DNA of 64,000 bases from an uncultured Gammaproteobacteria bacterium (GTDB lineage Bacteria > Patescibacteriota > Patescibacteriia > Magasanikbacterales > UBA922): NCBI GenBank assembly GCA_964522435.1, contig CAZFUL010000003.1, forward strand, positions 57,542 to 121,541. Reading direction: 5' to 3'. Shown here piece after piece: positions 36,314 through 46,506 of this stretch (position 1 is the stretch's first letter; the number at the start of each line of letters is the position of its first letter). The translations under genes and the position numbers were made by a program. The notes below the pieces were generated by a model. It worked only from the letters and a program-made list of their open reading frames with translations, searched no databases and was not told where the DNA came from.

Positions 36314-38098
36314 TTATTGCTGTACTGACATCGATTCAATAACCCAATTTCCTCCTTTTTTCGCAGCTACAACTTTATCTCCAACATGAACTAAATTAGG
36401 TACTTTTGCTATTGGTTGTAAAAGGTCATTATCATTGGTAATGTTACTACTTTCACGTACCACTTTTCTCGCAATAGCGATTGCTTCTTTAGGCGATACC
36501 TTATCTGCTTCTGCAATCGTACGAGCAAGTGCTTTAATAACACCCATTCCCTCTGCTTGTTCAAAAACAATAGTATATGCATCACTATGGTGTTTTTCAA
36601 TCCGTAATCCATCTACTGAGTAAATACCACGAATTCCTTTTTTTTCTGGAGCAGCAGCTTGTTGGGTTTTTTCAGAAACAGCTGAATCCTTTTCTCGTGT
36701 TGCTGTTTCAATGGTATGCTTAGGTTTTGATTGTTCCGCTGCAGTGGTTGTTTCTTGATGTCTCCCATCAATAGAATTGCTGTCTGGAGTTGCTCTGCCA
36801 GCTGTGAGTCCTAAAAATAATCCTACTGCTGTTAACCCTCTTCCAATTTTACCAAAGAATCCTTTTTTGGCTACTGGTGGGGTTGGAGTGACTACCGTTG
36901 CTACCGGAATAGCTGTTACCCTGACGGTAGGGTCAACACTTTTTGATTTTTTTTCTGGGGGAATGGTTGTGTCTTCTGGGGATGTACGCGCTATTTCTAC
37001 CACTGGGTGGAGTGATTTTTTTGGGCTAGGTGCTTGTCCTTCTTTAAATGCTGCAAATAGAACATCTAATTCCCTTGTATCATATTGCACTTGTATGTTT
37101 CCACGGTCTTGCTCTTGTTGATCTAAAAATCCGAGTAACATTCTTGGATCTTCTGATAGATGGTTTGTTATAAATTCTCTAAAATAATTGTTTACTCTAT
37201 AATACGAAAATAATTTTATATGCTCTGATCGTGCGGTTACGTCATTTTTTGATAGATCGAGTACATATAAACATGCTAATTTTGTGTCAGCGGCGGTGGT
37301 AGGGTTAAGTGCCAACACCATTTCTACTTTTTCAACTATTTCTCCATTTGTGTAATGAGGCATTAGTTCATTAACAATATCAGCCACTTGTGGATTACCC
37401 TTTGTTTCGTAACTTGGTGTATCAGCTGATAAATCCTTTTTAATTTTTTGGTTCAATTGTTCCAAGCTGTGGGTTTGGGTAACGTGATCTGTTGTTAATG
37501 CAAAATCGTCTGTTTCATAATCATCAACAGGAGGTGTTGCTGCTCTAATTGGTTCGATGCCAACGTTAATAATAGTAGATGAAGGCGCTTGTTCTGTTCC
37601 TCGAATTGTATCAACACCGATGGCGTGTATAACAGCGGCTGGTTTTTCTTCTTGTGTGGTTTCGCTTCTTTCAGTTTCTTGAAATTGTTCTTTAGAAAGA
37701 CGAATATGAATGCGGTTTATTTTTTTTGCGAGGGGGTTGAGTTTTTCTGGTGGCATTCTTTTCCAGGCAGTACCCTTAAATTCTTCTATACCAAGACCTA
37801 TAAGCGTATCCTTCCCATGTTGAAGAATATAGCCTTCTATTTCTTGTAAGAGATCCGCTTTTTCTTGATCTCTTTTTTTATACATTTCTGATAAATCTCG
37901 TGCAATAATATCTAAATCATTAGCTACTTTTTTTCGTTCAGCAGCTTGCTCGTCGATGTGGCTTAAAGCCTGTCTTATTTTGAGACCTTTTTCATTATCC
38001 CCTCTTACTTCTTTAGGATCAGGAATTTGAGTTGCCTTTTTTTTATCTACCAAGGGGTTACGTTGACCAGGTTCGTAAATGGGTGGTTTTTCTGGCAT
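36314..38098 (-). CDS. Hypothetical bitopic membrane protein: ~450-aa charged cytoplasmic region, one TM (GFFGKIGRGLTAVGLFLGLTAG), ~130-aa C-terminal ectodomain
   Basis: 594 aa; no recognizable catalytic motif; Pro/Thr-rich segment before the TM. Confidence 0.4.
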   Translation of the reverse strand: MPEKPPIYEPGQRNPLVDKKKATQIPDPKEVRGDNEKGLKIRQALSHIDEQAAERKKVANDLDIIARDLSEMYKKRDQEKADLLQEIEGYILQHGKDTLIGLGIEEFKGTAWKRMPPEKLNPLAKKINRIHIRLSKEQFQETERSETTQEEKPAAVIHAIGVDTIRGTEQAPSSTIINVGIEPIRAATPPVDDYETDDFALTTDHVTQTHSLEQLNQKIKKDLSADTPSYETKGNPQVADIVNELMPHYTNGEIVEKVEMVLALNPTTAADTKLACLYVLDLSKNDVTARSEHIKLFSYYRVNNYFREFITNHLSEDPRMLLGFLDQQEQDRGNIQVQYDTRELDVLFAAFKEGQAPSPKKSLHPVVEIARTSPEDTTIPPEKKSKSVDPTVRVTAIPVATVVTPTPPVAKKGFFGKIGRGLTAVGLFLGLTAGRATPDSNSIDGRHQETTTAAEQSKPKHTIETATREKDSAVSEKTQQAAAPEKKGIRGIYSVDGLRIEKHHSDAYTIVFEQAEGMGVIKALARTIAEADKVSPKEAIAIARKVVRESSNITNDNDLLQPIAKVPNLVHVGDKVVAAKKGGNWVIESMSVQQ

Positions 38099-38209
38099 AG
38101 GTACGGTTTAAGTATTAAGAGACTGAATATAAATATCATATCACAAGATGAACTTTTTATTCCAGTGATATAAAAAACCAACGAAGGGATACTCGTTGGT
38201 TTTAGAATA

Positions 38210-38809
38210 TTATGCACGTTTAAATAACCCACTAAATAATCCAGAAACACGCGACCATGCTGATTTTTTTGGTGAAGAAGTAAACTGTGGTATAACTGGG
38301 TCTGTCACTGATGACATTTTTTGTTCCGCTGGTTGTGGAGGAACATTTGGGTAATGGTTAAGAAGGTCATTTCGTGCGGCAGCAATGCGCGCCAACCGTT
38401 CTTGTTTCGGTCTATCTTCTTTCAAAAAGTCTATGGTTGGGGGAGGAAGCTTTTCCATTGCCTCTCTAATTTTGGGATCAGTAATATGTTCAGGAATTTC
38501 TGAATATACATCCTCATCATTCATAAATGGGGCTTCTGCTTCTTCGTAAATTTTATTATATTCTTCTTCTCCTAATAAGGCTCTCGCTTCGTCTACACGT
38601 CGTTTTTCTTCTGCATCACTCATTATTGGAGAAATTTCTAATAAGGGTTTACTTGGGTTGTTTTTTGGTTTTTCTGCGAATTCTGCAATAGGAGGAAGAT
38701 AGGCTTCTGGCGGCAGTGGCGGTCTTGGAATGTCTCTATACCGTTTTTTATCACTTTTTACTAAAGAATCATTAAAACAGACATTCGAATGTTGTAATAC
38801 GACTGGCAT
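38210..38809 (-). CDS. Hypothetical acidic, Pro/Glu-rich protein
   Basis: 199 aa, low-complexity; hairpin terminator at ~38167-38195 downstream. Confidence 0.35.
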   Translation of the reverse strand: MPVVLQHSNVCFNDSLVKSDKKRYRDIPRPPLPPEAYLPPIAEFAEKPKNNPSKPLLEISPIMSDAEEKRRVDEARALLGEEEYNKIYEEAEAPFMNDEDVYSEIPEHITDPKIREAMEKLPPPTIDFLKEDRPKQERLARIAAARNDLLNHYPNVPPQPAEQKMSSVTDPVIPQFTSSPKKSAWSRVSGLFSGLFKRA

Positions 38810-38950
38810 AAAGAGTTACGTTATTTTTAGCTAAATTAAGCCAAAATACACTTCTATTATAGCATAAAAAAGCGGTTTTGTCAATCCGTGGTAGTTTTGT
38901 CGCTCTGTTTCTTGATTTTTTTTATATAAAAAGGTACACTTTGTCTCGTA

Positions 38951-40303
38951 TTGAGACAAATTATGCACAAATTAGCAAAAAAATACGCCTATCACATCAT
39001 GACCTTTGGCTGCCAAATGAATAAAAATGACTCAGAGCGGCTTGCTACGCTCTTGAATGGCTTATCTATGACAGAAAGCCCAACCGTAGAGGCGGCCGAT
39101 ATCATTATCATGAATAGTTGTAGTGTGCGGGAACGGGCAGAACACCGTATGTATGGCTTAGCACGGCGCTTTGCAGAGATGAAAAAGACCAAACCAGAGC
39201 TATTATTGTGTATTACGGGTTGTATGCCGGGGCGCGATAAGGATCAGGCGATGCGTAAAAAATTGCCTATGGTGGACTTTTTTTTCCCCACCAAAGACAT
39301 GACGCAGCTTCCTACCTGGCTTGCACAAGTGCGTCCAGAATTACGCCCCATGGAAGATTTAGATAAAGACTACTTATCCTTGCGGCCAAGTATAAAAAAG
39401 AAATATCAAGCATTTATCACCATTCAAACGGGTTGTAATCATTTTTGCAGCTATTGTGTGGTGCCCTTTTCTCGTGGGTTAGAACAAAATCGCTCACTGC
39501 ACGATATTCTTGCTGAAGCGCGTGCGTTGGCAGAACAGGGCTGTGTTGAAATAACCCTCTTAGGGCAAATTGTGAACCATTATATTGCCCCAGATCCGCA
39601 ATATTTTTCTCCTAATAATCCGTATACAAAAAGTCATTTTGCCAAATTACTGTGGGAAATGAATCACATACCAGGCATTGAACGAGTGCATTTTACCGCG
39701 CCACATCCTATTTTTATGACAGAGGAGGTTATTGATGCGCTGACACTTCCCAAACAACTTAACTATCTGCACCTTCCTGTTCAATCTGGAAATAACGACG
39801 TATTGCGCCGCATGAACCGTCGGCATACGCGAGAATTCTATATTGATTTGATCAAAAAAATTCGTGCAAAAAAACCAGATATTGCTATTGGGACAGATAT
39901 TATTGTCGGTTTCTGTGGAGAGACAGAAGAACAATTTCAAGATACAATAGAGTTGTATACGCAATGCGATTTTGATATTTCGTATACTGCACAATACTCT
40001 AGTCGCACGGGTACCCTGGCAGTAAAAATTTTTGAAGATGATGTCTCTATAGAAGAAAAAAAGAAACGCTGGTGGACATTGCAGCAGCAAATGGAACAAA
40101 CGGTGTTACGAAAAAATCAACAATATCTTAATACCACGGTATCCGTTTTGGTAGAAGAATGTCATGCCGGATGGTGTACAGGCAATTCACGAGAAATGAA
40201 ACGAATAAAATTTAAAGGAGATGCGTCGTTAATTGGAAAGATTGTATTGGTTGATATTTATAAAATAAGTGAATGGGTCTTGTGGGGGAGAAAAAGTCTA
40301 TGA
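38951..40303 (+). CDS. miaB: tRNA-2-methylthio-N6-dimethylallyladenosine synthase (radical SAM methylthiotransferase, MiaB type)
   Basis: 450 aa; MTF domain YHIMTFGCQMNKNDSE, radical SAM CNHFCSYCVVP, C-terminal TRAM; followed by miaA. Confidence 0.85.
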   Translation: MRQIMHKLAKKYAYHIMTFGCQMNKNDSERLATLLNGLSMTESPTVEAADIIIMNSCSVRERAEHRMYGLARRFAEMKKTKPELLLCITGCMPGRDKDQAMRKKLPMVDFFFPTKDMTQLPTWLAQVRPELRPMEDLDKDYLSLRPSIKKKYQAFITIQTGCNHFCSYCVVPFSRGLEQNRSLHDILAEARALAEQGCVEITLLGQIVNHYIAPDPQYFSPNNPYTKSHFAKLLWEMNHIPGIERVHFTAPHPIFMTEEVIDALTLPKQLNYLHLPVQSGNNDVLRRMNRRHTREFYIDLIKKIRAKKPDIAIGTDIIVGFCGETEEQFQDTIELYTQCDFDISYTAQYSSRTGTLAVKIFEDDVSIEEKKKRWWTLQQQMEQTVLRKNQQYLNTTVSVLVEECHAGWCTGNSREMKRIKFKGDASLIGKIVLVDIYKISEWVLWGRKSL

Positions 40304-41259
40304 CAGATATGCAAAAAAATTCATTACAAAAAGTAGTGGTAATCGTTGGACCAACCGCAAGTGGAAAAACCTCTTTTGTGTTAGATATTGCGAAACATCT
40401 TCCTATTGAAGTTATTTCTGCAGATTCACGACAGCTGTATAAAAAAATGACTATTGGAACAGCGAAGCCTACTGGTGAATGGAAATGGCACACGAGTTGG
40501 CGTGGATTACGCCATACGTTTTATGTTGATGCAGTGGCGCATCACTTAGTCGATATTATTGATCCTGGTACTCGCTTTACGGTGGCGGAATTTCGAGATC
40601 GTGCCATGAAATATATAAAATTAGCCTATAAAAATGATCGTATTCCTTTTGTTGTTGGTGGAACTGGCTTATACGTATCCTCTTTGGTTGATAATTATAA
40701 AATTCCTCGTATTGCGGCGAATAAAAAATTACGAAATTCTTTAGAAGAAAAAAGTCATGAGCAATTGCTTCGATTATTAACAGAAATGGATCCCTTAAGC
40801 GCTGAAACAATTGATAAACATAATAAACGTCGATTGATTCGTGCGCTAGAGGTGTGTATATTATCCGGAGGTAAATTTTCTGCACATCGCCAAAAAGGAG
40901 AACCCATGTTTGATTTTTTACAAGTGGGTATTGATGTCCCACGGCCGCTTTTATATGAACGAATTAATACGCGCATTGATGCCATGATGGCTGAAGGGCT
41001 TCTTGATGAAATACAAGCACTCCGTAAGCAAAAATATAGCTGGGAATTACCGAGTATGAGTGGTATTGGCTATCGTCAGTTTAAAGAGCATTTGGATGGG
41101 GATATGTCACTTGAAACAGCGGTAGAACAATTAAAAAGAGACACGCGGCGTTACGCACGGCGACAAATGAGTTGGTTTCGACGCGATAAACGGATTGAAT
41201 GGTTTTCTGATGCGTTAGCGCTGGAACAGCGAGTGAAAGAATTTCTTGAATTACCTTAA
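40273..41259 (+). CDS. miaA: tRNA dimethylallyltransferase
   Basis: 328 aa; P-loop VVIVGPTASGKTS, DSRQLYKKMTIGTAKPT; overlaps miaB stop by 31 nt. Confidence 0.85.
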   Translation: MGLVGEKKSMTDMQKNSLQKVVVIVGPTASGKTSFVLDIAKHLPIEVISADSRQLYKKMTIGTAKPTGEWKWHTSWRGLRHTFYVDAVAHHLVDIIDPGTRFTVAEFRDRAMKYIKLAYKNDRIPFVVGGTGLYVSSLVDNYKIPRIAANKKLRNSLEEKSHEQLLRLLTEMDPLSAETIDKHNKRRLIRALEVCILSGGKFSAHRQKGEPMFDFLQVGIDVPRPLLYERINTRIDAMMAEGLLDEIQALRKQKYSWELPSMSGIGYRQFKEHLDGDMSLETAVEQLKRDTRRYARRQMSWFRRDKRIEWFSDALALEQRVKEFLELP

Positions 41260-41306
41260 GAGTAGCGGCCGTTGTGTCGCTGTGGTACACTAACTACCTA
41301 GAGTGA

Positions 41307-42014
41307 TTGTCCGTAGTATATTTGTATATGCCTGGCGTATTACCTCCTACATTACCTTCTTCTCACCCGTCAACTGGTGCACCGTTTGGATTGCCAAAAC
41401 CGAACATCAAAAGTTCTGTATTTAGCGACGAAAGAAAACAGGCGGTTGTCTCTATCCATCAAAAAGAAGTTGGCGATAATCGGCCAAGTACCTCTATAAC
41501 GCATATTGGGGCAGAGGGAGAAACAGCCACAACCTCTGTTGCCCGTGAACAACAACATGCGGCAAGAACCTCTATTTATGGTGAGGAAAGACAAGAGACT
41601 GATCCAGGGCAAGATGAACGCCGCTATGACTATATTCGTCGTATTGTTCGGGCGCGTCAAGCAAAACAAGCTGCAGAAGCAGAAGAGCAAGCGGCTCAGA
41701 AAGCGGCAAGTGCTTCTCAAGGAGGTATATTTCATCCGGGAAAAGGGGCAGGTTTTGGCAAAGTTGGATTCCACAAAAAGATTCGATCATTTTTTAGTGA
41801 TAATCGGGAAAAATATAAAAATATTTCTGTTGAAGATAGACAAGTCTTAGAAAATATTGTCAGTGAACGAGCCACACACAAGTCTGTTGGGCAAGGATTT
41901 ACTGGAAGAGATAAAAGACAAATGCGCTTAGCAGCAAAACGGGCAAAATTACGAGGAGAAATTTCTAAAGAAGACGTAAAAGATTTTACAAAAATTATTA
42001 GTTCGTTAGAATAG
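41307..42014 (+). CDS. Hypothetical basic/acidic low-complexity protein
   Basis: 235 aa; Arg/Lys/Glu/Gln-rich, no domain recognized; bidirectional hairpin terminator 42044-42078 downstream. Confidence 0.35.
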   Translation: MSVVYLYMPGVLPPTLPSSHPSTGAPFGLPKPNIKSSVFSDERKQAVVSIHQKEVGDNRPSTSITHIGAEGETATTSVAREQQHAARTSIYGEERQETDPGQDERRYDYIRRIVRARQAKQAAEAEEQAAQKAASASQGGIFHPGKGAGFGKVGFHKKIRSFFSDNREKYKNISVEDRQVLENIVSERATHKSVGQGFTGRDKRQMRLAAKRAKLRGEISKEDVKDFTKIISSLE

Positions 42015-42092
42015 TCAATGACCAACGAACAATGAGTAAATAAAAAACCATCTTTATGGTATGCATAGATGGTTTTTTATTTTTGTTCATTG

Positions 42093-43658
42093 CTAATCCT
42101 TGATTGCTAATTTATTGGTAAAAGCTTGCTCCAATAGCTGTGGATCTGCCGTTCCTTCGGACGCCTTCATCGCCATACCAACAAGAAATTGTAAGACCGT
42201 GGTTTTTCCCTCTTGATATTCTTTTACTTGTTTAGGATAACTGATAAGAACCGTATCAACCAGCTGTTGAATAGTTGCGTCATCGCGGACTTGTCCATAG
42301 CCTTTTTCTTCCATAATATGATTGGGATCAACATCAGTACCCAGAGTAAGCATATCAGCAAGAAGTTTTTGTGCGTTGGTAGAATTTATTTTTTCTGTAT
42401 ATATCAAAAAGATAAGCTCAGCAAAATTTTCTGCAGAAATACGCACATCAGTGATTACCATTGCTCGTTCATAGAGTTGTCCTTGCAATTTCGTTCCTAA
42501 CCAGCCACCAACCAAGCGAGCAATTTTTTGTTTTTTTTCTTCCAAAATTTCATCACTGTCTTTATCTATCTCTGGTGAAGCGTGCAGCCATTCAATAGTC
42601 TCACTCATAACAGCTTCGGTAAATGCCGCAAGGTGGCGATCGGTACTGAGTAAGCGGGCGTCAGCATAGGAAAAACCATATTCTTCTCGAAAGCGTTGTC
42701 GTTTTGCAATGGGGAGTTCTGGCAGCGCAATATGGCCGGCGATTATTTCTGGATGGAAAGGAGGAATATCTGGTTCGGGAAAATAGCGATAATCAGCGGC
42801 ATTTTCTTTCAGCCGTTGCATAACGGTTTCTCCTGTTTTATCATCCCACCCCCTTGTTTGTTGCTGCCAAGATTCTCCCTGTTCGAGTAATCCGGTTTGG
42901 CGGTGTATTTCGTAGAGGATCGCTTTTTCAACCGCCTTAAATGAATTAAGATTTTTAATTTCGACTTTTGCATTAAGGCGATAGCCCTCTTTGGGCACCA
43001 CTGCGCCGTCAATAATATCAAAACGCCCTTCTTCTTGGAGAGAAATGTTTACTTCACAACGCATGTGCCCTTTTTCCATATCGGCATCACTTACCTGAAG
43101 CGCTTTAAGAAGGAGTTGTAATTCTTGGCAATATACTTTTGCTTCTGTGGCGGATTGGATATCTGGGTCTGTAACAATTTCAACTAAAGGCGTGCCAGAA
43201 CGGTTAAAGTCAACGAGCGTACTGCCATCTGCTTGGTGAATAAGTTTTGCTGTATCTTCTTCTAAATGAATACGACGAATGCCAATAGTAGCGGCGGGTC
43301 GATTATTCTCTTCTAATTCAAACGTTAGCGTGAACGATCCATGCTCTGCGATAGGTTGGTCGTATTGAGAAATTTGGTAGCCTTTAGGAAGATCTGGATA
43401 AAAATAATGTTTCCGATCAAATTTTGAAAGGGGACGAATAGTACAATTAAGGGCTTTCCCTATGGCTACGGTCCAGGCGATTGCTTGTTTATTTACTAAG
43501 GGCAATGTCCCTGGATGACCGAGACAAATAGGACAAATATGATGATTGGCTTCTTTTGTATCCGGATTATTAGTACACGCGCAAAACATGCCACTCTTTG
43601 TTTTTAACTCTACATGCACTTCCATGCCAATAATTGGGGTATATGTTTTTTTACTCAT
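42093..43658 (-). CDS. gatB: Aspartyl/glutamyl-tRNA(Asn/Gln) amidotransferase subunit B
   Basis: 521 aa; MEVHVELKTKSGMFCACTN N-terminus, GatB/YqeY C-terminal domain. Confidence 0.85.
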   Translation of the reverse strand: MSKKTYTPIIGMEVHVELKTKSGMFCACTNNPDTKEANHHICPICLGHPGTLPLVNKQAIAWTVAIGKALNCTIRPLSKFDRKHYFYPDLPKGYQISQYDQPIAEHGSFTLTFELEENNRPAATIGIRRIHLEEDTAKLIHQADGSTLVDFNRSGTPLVEIVTDPDIQSATEAKVYCQELQLLLKALQVSDADMEKGHMRCEVNISLQEEGRFDIIDGAVVPKEGYRLNAKVEIKNLNSFKAVEKAILYEIHRQTGLLEQGESWQQQTRGWDDKTGETVMQRLKENAADYRYFPEPDIPPFHPEIIAGHIALPELPIAKRQRFREEYGFSYADARLLSTDRHLAAFTEAVMSETIEWLHASPEIDKDSDEILEEKKQKIARLVGGWLGTKLQGQLYERAMVITDVRISAENFAELIFLIYTEKINSTNAQKLLADMLTLGTDVDPNHIMEEKGYGQVRDDATIQQLVDTVLISYPKQVKEYQEGKTTVLQFLVGMAMKASEGTADPQLLEQAFTNKLAIKD

Positions 43659-43766
43659 ACAGTACTGATAAAAGCCGTATCAGGATTGTATCATGAGGGG
43701 GTAAAATTACAAGTTCGGAACAGTATAAAAACAGACATCAGGGTTGTTTGCCCTGATGGTTGTTGA

Positions 43767-44501
43767 TTATGCCTTTGTTTGTTTGAGTTCTTCGTACAAA
43801 ATGGTAATGGCACTCGTAGATAACGGCGTGAGGAGGAGACTGAGCAATGTTGATAGTAATGCGATCATACCAGAGAGGGCTAACGCAATTGTAGGGGTAG
43901 CCGTTTCTGGTAAGACAAATGATAGTATGAGAGAAAGGATGCCATCTGCGATAAGCGCAAAGAGAATAAACACTACGGTGGGTGCTACTAAACGACCAAG
44001 TACAGGGAAGAATCTTCCGGCTACTAACATTTTACTTTCTTTGAGTGCAGCCATTCCTTTTGTTCCATCAATACTTACATGATAAAAGGCAAAAACATAC
44101 CAAATAATAAAGACAATGCCTGGGATAAATAAGAGAAATAGTCCTCCAAGAACAATGAGTCCTGTTAATATGGATACCCAAAGTGTTGGAAGAAAAAGAG
44201 CGCTTGCTTCTTTGAGTGATGCGTTGATAGGGCCAGTGGTTTGCGTGGTGTAGGCTTTTGCCGTAGCGCGGATAAAGGCAATAGAAATCCAGAGGCTACT
44301 ACTATATACAATGACAAACAAGACAATACTCAGAATTCGCGCAGCGAGGCCTTGAAGTTCCGCCATTGCCCCAAGGATGCTGATCATTACTGCTAGGGCT
44401 GTTGGAATAAATAAAAGAAGCATGTAGCGGATAAATACTCTGTAATGGACTTTGTATAAAAAGATGCTACGTTTAATAATATCTGTAGAAGAGAGGAGCA
44501 T
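43767..44501 (-). CDS. Hypothetical polytopic membrane protein
   Basis: 244 aa, 6 hydrophobic helices; no family recognized. Confidence 0.4.
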   Translation of the reverse strand: MLLSSTDIIKRSIFLYKVHYRVFIRYMLLLFIPTALAVMISILGAMAELQGLAARILSIVLFVIVYSSSLWISIAFIRATAKAYTTQTTGPINASLKEASALFLPTLWVSILTGLIVLGGLFLLFIPGIVFIIWYVFAFYHVSIDGTKGMAALKESKMLVAGRFFPVLGRLVAPTVVFILFALIADGILSLILSFVLPETATPTIALALSGMIALLSTLLSLLLTPLSTSAITILYEELKQTKA

Positions 44502-44559
44502 AGAAAAAATCTAAAATCAAAATATATAGATGAAGTATAGCAAAAAGTAAGAAATAAGA

Positions 44560-45141
44560 CTATTGGCGTATCTGTGTGTTGACGATCTGCCACAGGTGTT
44601 CATGAATGCTGTCGATTGATTGATTCGCGTCTATTGGCAGCCAGCCACGTTCTTGCGCCAGTTGTTTATGTGCCTCACGGACGACCGTCATAAGCGCATC
44701 ATTGGTTTCATGTTTATGGCCTTGTTCTGTTGCTTCGGTAAATCGTTCTCCATCAAACAAAAAAGCAAGATCTTCTTGTAATAAGTGCGCATTAATGGTT
44801 TCGAGGTATGGTTTATCAACCCCTGCACCAATTCCCCAGGCAATGCCTGTTCCGGTATAATCTTCTGCAACAATATGTATTCCCTTTGCCAAGAATTGTT
44901 TGAGTGTTTCTTCGTATTGGGTTCTGTTTAACGCGTAAATTGTTTGACCTTCTCTTGCAGAGAGGTTGAAGGGGTTACCTTGTCGTAAATACGCATTGAG
45001 CATTGTGCCAGAGGGATGAATATCATAAATAGGGTATTTAAGATATTGTGCAGGATAGCCTTCTTTATTCAAGCGCTCTACCAATTTTTTTGCTTGAGTG
45101 GATTTTCCCAGGTTGTTGATACCGTAGAGGACAATGAACAT
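44560..45141 (-). CDS. tmk: Thymidylate kinase-like P-loop kinase (last gene of thyA-folA-tmk unit)
   Basis: 193 aa; P-loop IVLYGINNLGKST, EDY...GIAWGIGAG resembles the Tmk DRY/LID region; operon context with thyA and folA. Confidence 0.5.
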   Translation of the reverse strand: MFIVLYGINNLGKSTQAKKLVERLNKEGYPAQYLKYPIYDIHPSGTMLNAYLRQGNPFNLSAREGQTIYALNRTQYEETLKQFLAKGIHIVAEDYTGTGIAWGIGAGVDKPYLETINAHLLQEDLAFLFDGERFTEATEQGHKHETNDALMTVVREAHKQLAQERGWLPIDANQSIDSIHEHLWQIVNTQIRQ

Positions 45142-45149
45142 ACAAAATA

Positions 45150-45620
45150 TTATTTTTTGATATAGGTGACAAAAGAAAATAGGGGATGATCTTCTCGTTC
45201 AATTTCTTTCCATATTGTCGGGTCGATTGCGGGGAAAAAGGCATCACCATCTACTGTTTGATCAACATGCGTGATATATAAGCGATCTGAGAGAGCAATG
45301 GTTTGCGCATAGAGTTCTGCGCCACCAATAATAAAGAGCTGTTCGTTTGCATGGGCATCGAGTGCCGCTTGCGGCGAGCCATAGCGAAGAACCTCTTGGG
45401 GAAGAGGGTATTGTTCTTGTCGAGTAATAACAATATTTTTTCTATTTGGCAGGGGACGAAATTGTTCTGGGAGAGATTCCCATGTTTTTCTTCCCATCAT
45501 AACCGTTGCGTCAGTTGTGAGGCGTTTAAAATGCGCCAAATCTTCTGGAAGATGCCACGGCAGTGTGCCATTGTTTCCAATACAATTATTTTTAGCAATC
45601 GCGGCAATTAATGCAATCAT
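45150..45620 (-). CDS. folA: Dihydrofolate reductase
   Basis: 156 aa; MIALIAAIAKNNCIGNNGTLPWHLPEDLAHFKRLT...VMMGRKTWESL. Confidence 0.9.
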   Translation of the reverse strand: MIALIAAIAKNNCIGNNGTLPWHLPEDLAHFKRLTTDATVMMGRKTWESLPEQFRPLPNRKNIVITRQEQYPLPQEVLRYGSPQAALDAHANEQLFIIGGAELYAQTIALSDRLYITHVDQTVDGDAFFPAIDPTIWKEIEREDHPLFSFVTYIKK

Positions 45621-46495
45621 ACAGCAATAGGAAAAGAAATACGGGGATGACTTTGGTAATTTTTGAGAATGGTATCTGTGTAGGTCCAGTCAAATATACT
45701 TGAGAAGCTGCTTGTTTCAATCTGAGGTAGAGGATAGAGATGGGGATCTCTTTGTAATTGTTCTTTTGCTCCCTCAATATGATTAAGATAAATATGGGTG
45801 TCTGCCAAAAAGCCAACCAATTTTCCTTCTTGTAATCCAGATTCTTTTGCTAAGAGATGTAATAATAAAGCATAACTCGCGATATTAAATGGCAAACCCA
45901 ACATAACATCTACCGATCGTTGGTTCCAGAGTAAATTCAATTTACCGTCAATAACGGTTATTTGAAAATTATAATGACAAGGGGGGAGTGCCATCTGGTT
46001 CATCATGCTTGGGTTCCATGCGCACACTAATAGGCGACGGCTAGACGGATCTTTTTTCAGGGTATCAACTAATTGTTTGAGTTGATCAATCCCTTGTCCA
46101 TCATAATTACTATCCCAATTTTCATAGCGTGCATTATAATGCCGCCATTGAAATCCATACACGGGGCCAAGATCACGCTCTTGTTGCATCCGTTCTTTTG
46201 CGGCTTCATCGTGGCCATAGGCTGCTTTTTGTGGATTTGCCCATTCATCCCAAATATGATTATTTCTGTCTTTGAGCCATTGCTTGTCTGTAATGCCTTT
46301 AATAAAAAATTCTAACTCAGAGGCAATCAGAGAGAAGGGCATTTTTTTTGTGGTTAACAGAGGAAATCCTTGTGCCATGTCGTGTTCAAACATGGTGCCC
46401 GCAATGGCAAGGGTACCGGTACCGGTTCTATCTTCTTTTTTGACGCCGGTAGTGAGTACCTGGCGGACAATATTCAAATATGCATCCATAATCAA
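45617..46495 (-). CDS. thyA: Thymidylate synthase (ThyA, folate-dependent)
   Basis: 292 aa; RTGTGT, ...LPPCHYNFQ active-site Cys region; stop overlaps folA start. Confidence 0.9.
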   Translation of the reverse strand: MIMDAYLNIVRQVLTTGVKKEDRTGTGTLAIAGTMFEHDMAQGFPLLTTKKMPFSLIASELEFFIKGITDKQWLKDRNNHIWDEWANPQKAAYGHDEAAKERMQQERDLGPVYGFQWRHYNARYENWDSNYDGQGIDQLKQLVDTLKKDPSSRRLLVCAWNPSMMNQMALPPCHYNFQITVIDGKLNLLWNQRSVDVMLGLPFNIASYALLLHLLAKESGLQEGKLVGFLADTHIYLNHIEGAKEQLQRDPHLYPLPQIETSSFSSIFDWTYTDTILKNYQSHPRISFPIAV

Positions 46496-46506
46496 ACAAT
46501 TAACGC

